46,745 bases of DNA from Actinomycetota bacterium (lineage in GTDB: Bacteria; Actinomycetota; Acidimicrobiia; IMCC26256; PALSA-610): positions 1 through 46,745 of the forward strand of contig JAWXCJ010000011.1 of assembly GCA_034408875.1 (NCBI GenBank). Direction: 5' to 3'. The position numbers and the translations under genes are program-made. Under the pieces are notes generated by a model, which worked only from the letters and a program-made list of their open reading frames with translations, was not told where the DNA came from and ran no database searches. Shown here piece by piece: positions 1 to 7,688 of this stretch. The first letter of the stretch is position 1, and the number at the start of each line of letters is the position of its first letter.

Positions 1-99
1 CAGCTTGAAGTGCTCCATATCGCAGGCGTTGCGGGCCTCGGGCCGGTCGATCGTGATGAGGACGACGTGGTCCTCGTCCGCCGCGTAATGAATGGGCAT
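1..99 (-). CDS. enoyl-CoA hydratase/isomerase (crotonase) family protein, N-terminal fragment; the gene runs off the left edge
   Basis: Not in the ORF track. The reverse complement of 1-99 reads MPIHYAADEDHVVLITIDRPEARNACDMEHFKL, a typical crotonase N-terminus (..ItlnRPea.NA). A GGAGGA Shine-Dalgarno (plus-strand tcctcc, 104-109) precedes the ATG at 99-97. Confidence 0.6.
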   Translation of the reverse strand, partial: MPIHYAADEDHVVLITIDRPEARNACDMEHFKL

Positions 100-121
100 G
101 AGGTCCTCCGTGGTACGGCCC

Positions 122-145
122 AAACCTGACACGGTAGTCAGGTTT
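122..145. promoter_or_regulatory. perfect inverted repeat AAACCTGAC-N6-GTCAGGTTT in a divergent promoter region; candidate operator or 5'-UTR hairpin
   Basis: Read directly: aaacctgac (122-130), acggta, gtcaggttt (137-145). It lies between the crotonase start (99, minus) and the small membrane protein start (213, plus). Confidence 0.45.
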
Positions 146-212
146 CTCCCCAGCGGACGATGGGGCCGTTACCCCCTTTTGCCCGGACGTCGCGGCGTCG
201 AAGCTTGACGGC

Positions 213-500
213 ATGAACCAGTTGCTCGCCGGCCCGATCGAGTTCTCGCCGGAAGAAGTCGCCGTGATCCTCGCCGTCCTCGCCGCGATGGCGATCGCAA
301 CGACGATCCCGGCGGGCGCGGGCGCCGCCTTCCTGTACGCGCGACGCGGCCGCTCCGCGTGGGCCGGATGGTTCGTCGGCACGCTCGTGTACGTCGCGGT
401 CGCGGTGCCCATCGTGTTCGCGCTGCCCAGCTTCTACGGCGCCGCGATGCCACTCGGATGGATTGCAGCGTGGGCGTGGGCCGCGCGCGGCCGAACCTGA
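213..500 (+). CDS. small hydrophobic membrane protein (about 2-3 TM), unknown function
   Basis: 95-aa ORF with very high third-position GC (the coding signature in this genome). Hydrophobic stretches VAVILAVLAAMAIATTIPAGAGAAFLY and WFVGTLVYVAVAVPIVFALP. ATG start. Confidence 0.55.
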   Translation: MNQLLAGPIEFSPEEVAVILAVLAAMAIATTIPAGAGAAFLYARRGRSAWAGWFVGTLVYVAVAVPIVFALPSFYGAAMPLGWIAAWAWAARGRT

Positions 501-553
501 CGTCACCGTCAGCGACGCGCGAGGATGGCGTCCCGCTCGTAGAGGAGACACCG

Positions 554-1534
554 TTGGCGGCACGCCCGAAGGCGCTGGTCACTGCGCCGTTCCGCGGTGA
601 AGGACTCGAGACCCTGCACGGTCTCGCCGACGTCACCGTCGACCCGTGGATCGACCACGTACCGCTGCGGATCCTCGACGGCGAGAAACTCGCGGCCCTG
701 ATCGACGAGACGGGCGCCGAGATCCTCATCGTCGAGGCAGACTTCGTCGACGGCCCGGTGTTCGACCGGCCATTGCGTGTCATCGGTACGTGCCGAGGCG
801 ATCCCACCAATGTCGACGTTGCGGCGGCGTCCAAGGCGGGCATTCCCGTGCTGCGGGCACCGGGTCGCAACGCGGACGCGGTGGCCGAGATGACGCTGGC
901 CCTGCTGTTCGCCGTCAACCGGTCGGTGCTCCCGGCCGACCAGGACGTCCGCACGAACCAGGTGTTCAAGGACGGGAAGATCCCGTACCAGCGCTACCGG
1001 GCGTGGCAACTCGCGGGCCGCACCGCCGGCATCGTCGGACTCGGAGCAGTCGGGCGCGCAACGAAGTGGCGGCTCGAAGGGATCGGCATGCGGGTGCTCT
1101 CGTTCGATCCGTACAACCCGGAGGCGACACACAAGAATCTCGACGAGATGCTGCCCGAGTGCGACGTCGTGTCGATGCACGCGGCCGTGTCGCCCGAAAC
1201 CGAACGCATGATGGACGCGCCGCAGTTCGCCCTCATGCCCGAAGGGGCCATCTACGTGAACTCGGCCCGGGCCCAGCTGCACTCACTGACCGCACTCACG
1301 GCCGCACTCCAATCCGGCCATCTCTCCGGTGCGGGCCTCGACCACTTCAAGGGCGAACGCCTAGCCGAAGGCCACCCGATCGGCGCGATGACCAACGTCG
1401 TGCTCACACCGCACATCGGTGGTGCGACGTACGACACCGAGGCGATCCACTCGAAGCTGATCGCCGACGATGTCGCGCGCATTTATGCGGGCGAGAAACC
1501 CGTGAACTGCGTGAACCCGGAGGTTCTGGACTAG
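554..1534 (+). CDS. D-isomer-specific 2-hydroxyacid dehydrogenase family protein (PGDH/GHPR-like)
   Basis: NAD Rossmann motif GIVGLGAVGRATKWRL and catalytic-His region VVLTPHIGGAT, with family-typical order. ORF 359-1534 overlaps the upstream membrane gene. TTG at 554 preceded by GAGGAG (542-547) gives the typical ..KALVTAPF start. The start is uncertain. Confidence 0.85.
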   Translation: MAARPKALVTAPFRGEGLETLHGLADVTVDPWIDHVPLRILDGEKLAALIDETGAEILIVEADFVDGPVFDRPLRVIGTCRGDPTNVDVAAASKAGIPVLRAPGRNADAVAEMTLALLFAVNRSVLPADQDVRTNQVFKDGKIPYQRYRAWQLAGRTAGIVGLGAVGRATKWRLEGIGMRVLSFDPYNPEATHKNLDEMLPECDVVSMHAAVSPETERMMDAPQFALMPEGAIYVNSARAQLHSLTALTAALQSGHLSGAGLDHFKGERLAEGHPIGAMTNVVLTPHIGGATYDTEAIHSKLIADDVARIYAGEKPVNCVNPEVLD

Positions 1535-2190
1535 TGGCAGGCGTAAAAGGCACTGCCGACGAGATCAAGGCCGAGCTGTTGTGGGTCGCGCAGGAGAGCC
1601 TGCGCACGAACCTGGTGCACGGCACCGCGGGCAACTTCTCGGCCCGGTTGCCCGACGGCAACGTGGTGCTCACACCGTCGTCGCTGCCGTACGAGACGAT
1701 GACGCTCGACGACCTGGTCGTCACCGACCTCGACGCGAACGTCCTCGAAGGTAAGAACGGCCCGACGACCGAGAAGATGCTGCACCTCGCATGCCTCAAG
1801 GCGTACGACGACGTGCACGCCGTCATCCACTGCCACGCCAAGTTCTGCACGATGTTCGCGCTGACCCGAACACCGATCCCGTGTGTCATCGAAGAGGTCG
1901 AAGTGTTCGTCGGCGGCGACGTCCCCGTCGCAAGCTACGAATTCACCGGTTCGCAGGAACTCGCGGACGAGGTGTCGAAGTGGGTCGGCGACCGCGCTGC
2001 GGTGCTCATGGCCAACCACGGTCTGCTCACCGTCGGGAAGTCGCCGAAGGACGCGCTGAAGATCGCCAACCTCGTGGAGCTGACCGCCGAAATCATCTGG
2101 GGCGCCAAGCAACTGGGCGAGATCGTCCCGCTCCCCGACTCCACCCGCGAAAAGATGGCCCCCTACTACAAAATGCTCCGAGGCATGTAA
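1534..2190 (+). CDS. class II aldolase/adducin family protein (fuculose-/ribulose-phosphate aldolase/epimerase-like)
   Basis: Motifs GTAGNFSAR, HCHAKFCTMFA and ANHGLLTVG. It is the 3' part of ORF 646-2190. GTG at 1534 overlaps the upstream TAG by 1 nt (TAGTG). Confidence 0.85.
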   Translation: MAGVKGTADEIKAELLWVAQESLRTNLVHGTAGNFSARLPDGNVVLTPSSLPYETMTLDDLVVTDLDANVLEGKNGPTTEKMLHLACLKAYDDVHAVIHCHAKFCTMFALTRTPIPCVIEEVEVFVGGDVPVASYEFTGSQELADEVSKWVGDRAAVLMANHGLLTVGKSPKDALKIANLVELTAEIIWGAKQLGEIVPLPDSTREKMAPYYKMLRGM

Positions 2191-2191
2191 G

Positions 2192-2240
2192 AAGGATGCG
2201 TCGATAGCCCACACGTGGTGTGGGCTATCGACGCATCCTT
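2192..2240. repeat. palindromic element, copy A: 23-bp perfect stem with a 3-nt loop, directly after a stop codon; terminator-like and shared with 26593-26635
   Basis: aaggatgcgtcgatagcccacac (2192-2214), gtg, gtgtgggctatcgacgcatcctt (2218-2240). The 19-nt core ggatgcgtcgatagcccac is identical to 26593-26611. It starts 2 nt after the TAA of the aldolase gene. No T-tract. Confidence 0.8.
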
Positions 2241-2254
2241 GTGGTGTCTTTCTT

Positions 2255-2531
2255 GCGGAGGAGGGTGAGGCCGTCGCGGGGCAACCCACGAGCAATGGCC
2301 AGTGACGAGTACCCGGTGGACGTACCGACTTCGACGGCGCGCTTCGCACCCATCACCTGCGAGCATTGTCATGAACGCGCCCTGCTCGGGCGCGATCTGC
2401 ATGCCGGAGACCGGTCCGAGCGCGCGCGTCTCCTCGATGAGGTCGCGCTGGACGTCGTCGGGTGGTGTCCCGTGTTCGACCAGGTAGCGGTGCACATCGG
2501 CGGTGAGAAAGAAGGCTTTGGGTTCGTCCAC
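2255..2531 (-). pseudogene. class I SAM-dependent O-methyltransferase (caffeoyl-CoA OMT-like) remnant: frameshifted and 3'-truncated
   Basis: ORF 2166-2531 begins MDEPKAFFLTADVHRYLVEHGTPPDDVQRDLIEETRALGPVSGMQIAPEQGAFMTMLAG. Family similarity then continues only in another frame (MGAKRAVEVGTSTGYSSLAIARGLPRDGLTLL, the SAM-binding motif). It stops at about 2258, next to the palindrome. Roughly the first 95 of an expected ~220 aa remain. Confidence 0.65.
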
Positions 2532-2539
2532 GCCGCGCC

Positions 2540-2576
2540 GCGTAACTACTGACGTACGTGTCAGGGACGGTTACGC
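2540..2576. promoter_or_regulatory. nested inverted repeat (GCGTAAC..CTGAC-N6-GTCAG..GTTACGC) upstream of the MFS-LivF gene; candidate operator
   Basis: gcgtaac (2540-2546) pairs with gttacgc (2570-2576). The inner arm ctgac (2549-2553) pairs with gtcag (2560-2564) across gtacgt. It lies in the 73-nt gap between 2531 and 2605. Confidence 0.4.
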
Positions 2577-2604
2577 TCCGGCCCGACCGGATCGGGGGGT
2601 GACG

Positions 2605-4833
2605 GTGGCAACCGACAGCGAGAACCAGAGCGGCGACGCCCCTCTCGGCGCTGCCGCGCTCGCCGCCGCCGTCCTCGACGAGGAAGAGGCCCGAGAAGCC
2701 GCGCAGGCAAAGTCCCGCGAGCAGGTGATCTTCCCCGACGACCTCCTCCCTGGCGTCCAGTCCGAGCCGCTGACTCTGAAGCAAGGATTCGCGGCCGGCG
2801 GCGCCTACATGTTCGTCGTCCTGACGATGTTGAACTCGCTCGACGAGCTCGAGGGCGCGGCGATGAGCGTGCTCGCGCCCGAGATCCGGGACACCTTTGG
2901 CATCAGCGAGGGCGCGATCACCTTCATCACAGGTGCGTCGCTCGCGTTCTTCGTACTCGGCGCGGTCCCGATGGGTTGGCTCGCCGATCGCGTCAAGCGC
3001 GCGCCGATCGTCGGCTTCTCAAGCCTGTTCTTCGGGTTCTTCGTCGTCCTGTCGGGCTTGGCGGTCAGCGCGTTCATGCTCTTCTGGACGCGGTTCTTCA
3101 CCGGTATCGCCAAGGCCAACACCATCCCGGTTCACGGTTCATTGATCGCCGACAACTATCCGATCGGCGTTCGCGCCCGCATGTCGGCCCTCAACAACCA
3201 GATCGGCCACGGCTTCGGATTGGCGAGTCCCGTCCTTGCCGGCGGTATCGCGGTTGCGGTCGGCGGTTCAGAGGGCTGGCGCTGGGCGTTCTTGTTGCTG
3301 GGACTCCCGGTCACGATCGTGGCCGTTGCGGCATTCTTCATTCGCGAACCGCCGCGCGGGCAGTACGAGAAGGACGACGTGCTCCACGAGGTGTTCACGG
3401 AGGAGAACCCCGCCCCCATCTCGATGGAAGCCGCCTTTGCCCGCATCAAGCGCATCCGCACGATTCGCAACGTCGTCACCGCCTTCTCTGCCCTCGGGTT
3501 CGCCCTGTTCACGATTCCGGTGCTCACCAGCCAGTACCTCGACGACACGCTCGGCGTCGACGATCCCCTCGACCGTGGCATCGTCCTCAGCCTCATCGGA
3601 GTCGCCGCGCTCCCGTTCTTCCCGTTTGTCGGGCGGTACTTCGACCGTACGTATCGGGTCGACCCGCCGAAGGCTCTGGTCATTATCGGCATGTGCATCC
3701 TGCCGTCGGCCCTGCTGACGCCGCTGCAGTTTTCGGTCGACAACGTCGCACTGTTCGTCATTCTCGCCACCCCGACCGCGGTCCTCTCGGCAATGGCGTT
3801 CTCGATGGTCGGTCCCGTACTTCAGGCGGTGGTGCCGTTCCGCCTGCGCGGTATGGGAACTGCGTACGCGACCTTGACGATCTTTCTCGTGGGCGGACTC
3901 CTCGGGAATTTGCTCGCGGCGTTCCTCGTCGATGCCACGAGCATTCGGACAACCGTGATCGTCATGGCAATACCGTCGAGCATCATCGGAGGGGTCCTCC
4001 TGATGAACGGCTCCCGCTTCATCCGCAACGACCTGTCCCTCGTCGTGGAAGAGCTGCTTGAAGAACAGGCCGAGCACCACAAGCGTCGCGAGTTGGGAGC
4101 CGCAACTCCCGCGTTGCAACTTGCAAACATCGACTTCTCGTACGGACCGGTGCAGGTGCTGTTCGGCGTGAACTTCGAGGTGCGCAAGGGCGAGACCCTC
4201 GCACTGCTCGGCACCAACGGTGCCGGTAAGTCGACCGTTCTGCGAGTCATCAGCGGCCTCGCTGTCCCCGAACGCGGGGTCGTACGTCTCAACGGACAGA
4301 ACATCACGTACGTCGCGCCCGAAACTCGGGCGCGCCGGCTCCGGATCATGCAGCTCCCCGGCGGCAAGGGAACCTTTCCGAGCCTCACGGTGCACCAGAA
4401 CCTCGCGATCAGTGCGCGCCTCGCGACGAAGTCGCACTCGGAGCAGGACGAACACGTCGGGCGTGTCCTCGACCTGTTCCCCGACCTCGCCGGAAAGCAG
4501 GGGCAGAACGCCGGCAGCCTCTCCGGCGGACAGCAACAGATGCTCGCGCTCGCCCGCGTCTTGATCCACGAGCCCGAGATCCTGCTCATCGACGAGCTGT
4601 CCCTCGGTCTTGCACCCGTTGTGGTCCAGCGCCTGTTGGAGTTGGTCGAGCAGCTCAAAGAAGCCGGCCAGACGATGATCATCGTCGAGCAGTCGTTGAA
4701 CGTCGCGCTCGCGATCGCCGACCGCGCCATCTTCCTCGAGAAGGGCGAAGTGCGTTTCGAAGGCGCCGCCGCCGACCTGCTCGAACGTGACGACCTGGCC
4801 CGGGCCGTGTTCTTCGGCGACGAGGGCGGTTGA
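2605..4833 (+). CDS. fusion protein: N-terminal MFS-type 12-TM domain plus C-terminal LivF-type ABC ATPase
   Basis: About twelve hydrophobic spans in a 6+6 arrangement, with an MFS motif-A-like loop GWLADRVKRAPIVG. The C-terminal ~240 aa carry Walker A GTNGAGKST, signature LSGGQQQ and Walker B ILLIDELSLGL. GTG at 2605 is preceded by GGGGGG. ORF 2503-4833 would overlap the OMT remnant. Confidence 0.8.
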   Translation: MATDSENQSGDAPLGAAALAAAVLDEEEAREAAQAKSREQVIFPDDLLPGVQSEPLTLKQGFAAGGAYMFVVLTMLNSLDELEGAAMSVLAPEIRDTFGISEGAITFITGASLAFFVLGAVPMGWLADRVKRAPIVGFSSLFFGFFVVLSGLAVSAFMLFWTRFFTGIAKANTIPVHGSLIADNYPIGVRARMSALNNQIGHGFGLASPVLAGGIAVAVGGSEGWRWAFLLLGLPVTIVAVAAFFIREPPRGQYEKDDVLHEVFTEENPAPISMEAAFARIKRIRTIRNVVTAFSALGFALFTIPVLTSQYLDDTLGVDDPLDRGIVLSLIGVAALPFFPFVGRYFDRTYRVDPPKALVIIGMCILPSALLTPLQFSVDNVALFVILATPTAVLSAMAFSMVGPVLQAVVPFRLRGMGTAYATLTIFLVGGLLGNLLAAFLVDATSIRTTVIVMAIPSSIIGGVLLMNGSRFIRNDLSLVVEELLEEQAEHHKRRELGAATPALQLANIDFSYGPVQVLFGVNFEVRKGETLALLGTNGAGKSTVLRVISGLAVPERGVVRLNGQNITYVAPETRARRLRIMQLPGGKGTFPSLTVHQNLAISARLATKSHSEQDEHVGRVLDLFPDLAGKQGQNAGSLSGGQQQMLALARVLIHEPEILLIDELSLGLAPVVVQRLLELVEQLKEAGQTMIIVEQSLNVALAIADRAIFLEKGEVRFEGAAADLLERDDLARAVFFGDEGG

Positions 4834-7676
4834 TGCTCGCAACGGTCGCCACCTGGGACATCGCGTTCACCGGCCTGGTCAACGGCCTTGCCGGCGCGCT
4901 CGTCGCCATGGGCATCGTGCTCGTGTACCGGTCGAGCCGCGTCATCAACTTCGCCGTGGGCAGCATGGGCGTTCCGGCGACCGCGCTCTTCGGTCTCATG
5001 GCCGCCAAGCAGGGCTGGCCCTACTGGCCGTCGTTGATCGCGGCGATGGCCGTCGGCATTCTCACCGGAACCGTCGTCGAACTGGTCGTCATCCGCCGCC
5101 TCGCTCGGGCGCCGCGGGTCATCGTGCTGGTCGCGACGATCGGCGTCGCGCAACTGTGTGTTGCCGTCACCCTCGCGCTGCCCAAGTACCGCACCGGCGA
5201 GTTCCAAACGAAGTTCCCGCTGCCGTTCGAGGGCCAATGGCAGCCCGGACTCGATGTCGGTGTGAAGGATTCGGAACTCGTGGTGCTGATGTTCGTCCCC
5301 GCGATCATCGTCGGGCTTTGGTGGCTGCTCGGGCACACGACGTTCGGTGAAGCCGTCCGCGCCTCGGCGAGCAACGCCGACCTCGCCCGCATGACGGGTA
5401 TCAGCCCGAAGCTCGTGTCGACCGCGGTGTGGTCGATCGCCGGGTTCCTGTCCTTCATGGCGATCTTCCTGACGGCCACGCTGAATGCATCGACCGCGCT
5501 GGTGGAGATCGGACCGCAAACATTGGTGCGCGGCATGGCCGCCGCGCTCGTCGGCGGCATGGTGTCGTTCCCGCGCGCGGCAATCGCGGCCATCGCGATC
5601 GGCGTCCTCGAGCGGATCTACTACTTCAACTTTCCCAGCGAGACGGGAATGGTCGAGTTCGTTCTTCTCGTCGTGATCATCGCGTTGGTCGCCCGCGTCA
5701 GCCGGGACGCGGAGGCCGGCGGCGAAAGCTTCCAGTTCGCTCCGCGCGTGAGCGCGATACCGGATGCGCTACGCCGGATGTGGTGGGTCGGACGTCTCCC
5801 GCATCTCATCGGGGTTCTCTTCGTCGTCCTCGCGGTCATTGCCCCGATGCTGTCGGACCGGTCCGAGAACCACGGCGCGTGGACGAAGATCATCGGGTTC
5901 GCTATCTGCGCACTGTCCGTCACGGTGTTGACCGGGTGGGCCGGCCAGCTCTCCCTCGGGCAGATGGCCTTCGCGGGAATGGGCGCGCTTTCGGCCGCGG
6001 CGCTCGCGCGCGGTGCTCCGACCGAGATCGGCTTCAGCTCGATCAGCGTGTTCGACGGGAACCTCCCGACCCTCTCGTTCCCGTGGACGATGTTGATCGG
6101 CGCCTGCTTCGCGGCCGGGCTGGCGGTGATCATCGGCATCGGTGCTCTGCGCGTGCGTGGGCTCCTGCTCGCGGTGAGCACGCTCGCGTTCGCTATTGCG
6201 TGCCAGGCGTACCTGTTCCGGCGGCCCATTTTCAGCCCGAACGGCAGCACGAGCGTGACCCTCCCCCGCGCCGAGATCGGGCCGTTCGACCTGACCGACA
6301 AGAATCGGGCCTTCTACTACGCCGCGCTCGCCACACTCGTGGTGGTCATGGCCGTGCTCGGCCACCTTCGGCAGTCGGGTATTGGGCGGACCATTGTCGG
6401 CGTGCGCGAGAACTACGACGCCGCGTCGGCAATGACGGTGTCGCCCACGCGATCGAAGCTCACCGCGTTCGCGCTCGCCGGCTTCGTCGCCGGCTTGGGG
6501 GGCAGCGTCATCGCGGCCGCGTACGACACGTCGTTCGACCACTCCGGCCGCTACTTCGTGGTGCAGGACTCGCTGACGATCGTCGCGATCGCGGTGATCG
6601 GCGGGCTCGGCAGCCTCTCGGGGGCCGTTGTCGGCGCACTGTGGGTCGTCGGGCTGCCGTCGTTCTTCCCCGGGAACGAGACAGTGCCGCTCTTCGTGTC
6701 GAGCATCGGGCTCCTGCTCATCTTGTTGTACATCCCCGGTGGGTTCGCCCAGATCGGGTACTTCGCGCGCGACGCGATCGTCCGAGCGGTCGCGCGACGC
6801 CGCCCGGAACAACCGGTGAAGTCCGTCTCGACGCCGCCGACCTCGCTCACCCGGGAGCGTACGGGCGTGCCGGTCGCAGTCGGCACTACCGGCGCCGTCC
6901 TCGCGACGCGTGAACTGACCGTTCGGTTCGGCGGCCTTGTCGCCGTCAACGGCATCGACGTGGAAGCGCAACCGGGTGAGGTCATCGGCCTCATCGGCAA
7001 CAACGGCGCGGGCAAGTCGACGCTGCTCAACGCAATTGGCGGCTACGTCAAAAGCAGCGGCCGGGTCGAGCTCCTCGGCCGCGACATCTCCAAGTTGCGT
7101 CCCCACCAGCGCGCTCGCATCGGCCTCGGGCGCACATTCCAGGCGGCCACGCTGTATCCGGAGCTGACCGTACGCGACACGGTGCTCGTCGCGATGGAAG
7201 CGCGCCACCGAACGTCGTTCTTCGGAACGCTCACCGTCTTCGCGCAGATCCGGCCCGAGCGCACCCGCCGGGCGGAAGCAGCCGAACTCATCGACTTCCT
7301 CGGCCTCGGCCGCTACGCCGATCGCCACGTCGCCGAACTCTCGACCGGCACCCGCCGCATCGTCGAGCTGGCGACCGTGCTCGCGGTCGCGCCTCGGGTG
7401 ATCTGTCTCGACGAACCCACAGCGGGTGTCGCCCAACGCGAGGCCGAAGCGTTCGGTCCACTGATCACCAGCATCCAGCGCGAACTCGATTCGACGCTGC
7501 TGATCGTCGAGCACGACCTGCCGATGATCATGTCGATCAGCGACCGCGTGTACTGCCTCGAAGCCGGACAGGTCATCGCGGAGGGTTCGCCCGAAGAGAT
7601 CCGGGCGAACCCTCGCGTGATTGCGTCCTACCTGGGCACCGACGAGCGGGCCATCATGCGCAGCGACGCTCGCTGA
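4833..7676 (+). CDS. fusion protein: LivH-like permease, LivM-like permease and LivG-like ABC ATPase (branched-chain amino acid/HAAT-family importer)
   Basis: N-terminal LivH-like region (GLVNGLAGALVAMGIVLVYRSSRVINFAVGS). Central LivM-like region (LTGWAGQLSLGQMAFAGMGA). C-terminal NBD (Walker A GNNGAGKST, LSTGTRR, VICLDEPTAGV). The ATG overlaps the upstream TGA (TGATG). Confidence 0.85.
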   Translation: MLATVATWDIAFTGLVNGLAGALVAMGIVLVYRSSRVINFAVGSMGVPATALFGLMAAKQGWPYWPSLIAAMAVGILTGTVVELVVIRRLARAPRVIVLVATIGVAQLCVAVTLALPKYRTGEFQTKFPLPFEGQWQPGLDVGVKDSELVVLMFVPAIIVGLWWLLGHTTFGEAVRASASNADLARMTGISPKLVSTAVWSIAGFLSFMAIFLTATLNASTALVEIGPQTLVRGMAAALVGGMVSFPRAAIAAIAIGVLERIYYFNFPSETGMVEFVLLVVIIALVARVSRDAEAGGESFQFAPRVSAIPDALRRMWWVGRLPHLIGVLFVVLAVIAPMLSDRSENHGAWTKIIGFAICALSVTVLTGWAGQLSLGQMAFAGMGALSAAALARGAPTEIGFSSISVFDGNLPTLSFPWTMLIGACFAAGLAVIIGIGALRVRGLLLAVSTLAFAIACQAYLFRRPIFSPNGSTSVTLPRAEIGPFDLTDKNRAFYYAALATLVVVMAVLGHLRQSGIGRTIVGVRENYDAASAMTVSPTRSKLTAFALAGFVAGLGGSVIAAAYDTSFDHSGRYFVVQDSLTIVAIAVIGGLGSLSGAVVGALWVVGLPSFFPGNETVPLFVSSIGLLLILLYIPGGFAQIGYFARDAIVRAVARRRPEQPVKSVSTPPTSLTRERTGVPVAVGTTGAVLATRELTVRFGGLVAVNGIDVEAQPGEVIGLIGNNGAGKSTLLNAIGGYVKSSGRVELLGRDISKLRPHQRARIGLGRTFQAATLYPELTVRDTVLVAMEARHRTSFFGTLTVFAQIRPERTRRAEAAELIDFLGLGRYADRHVAELSTGTRRIVELATVLAVAPRVICLDEPTAGVAQREAEAFGPLITSIQRELDSTLLIVEHDLPMIMSISDRVYCLEAGQVIAEGSPEEIRANPRVIASYLGTDERAIMRSDAR

Positions 7677-7688
7677 ACCGGCGAGCGA

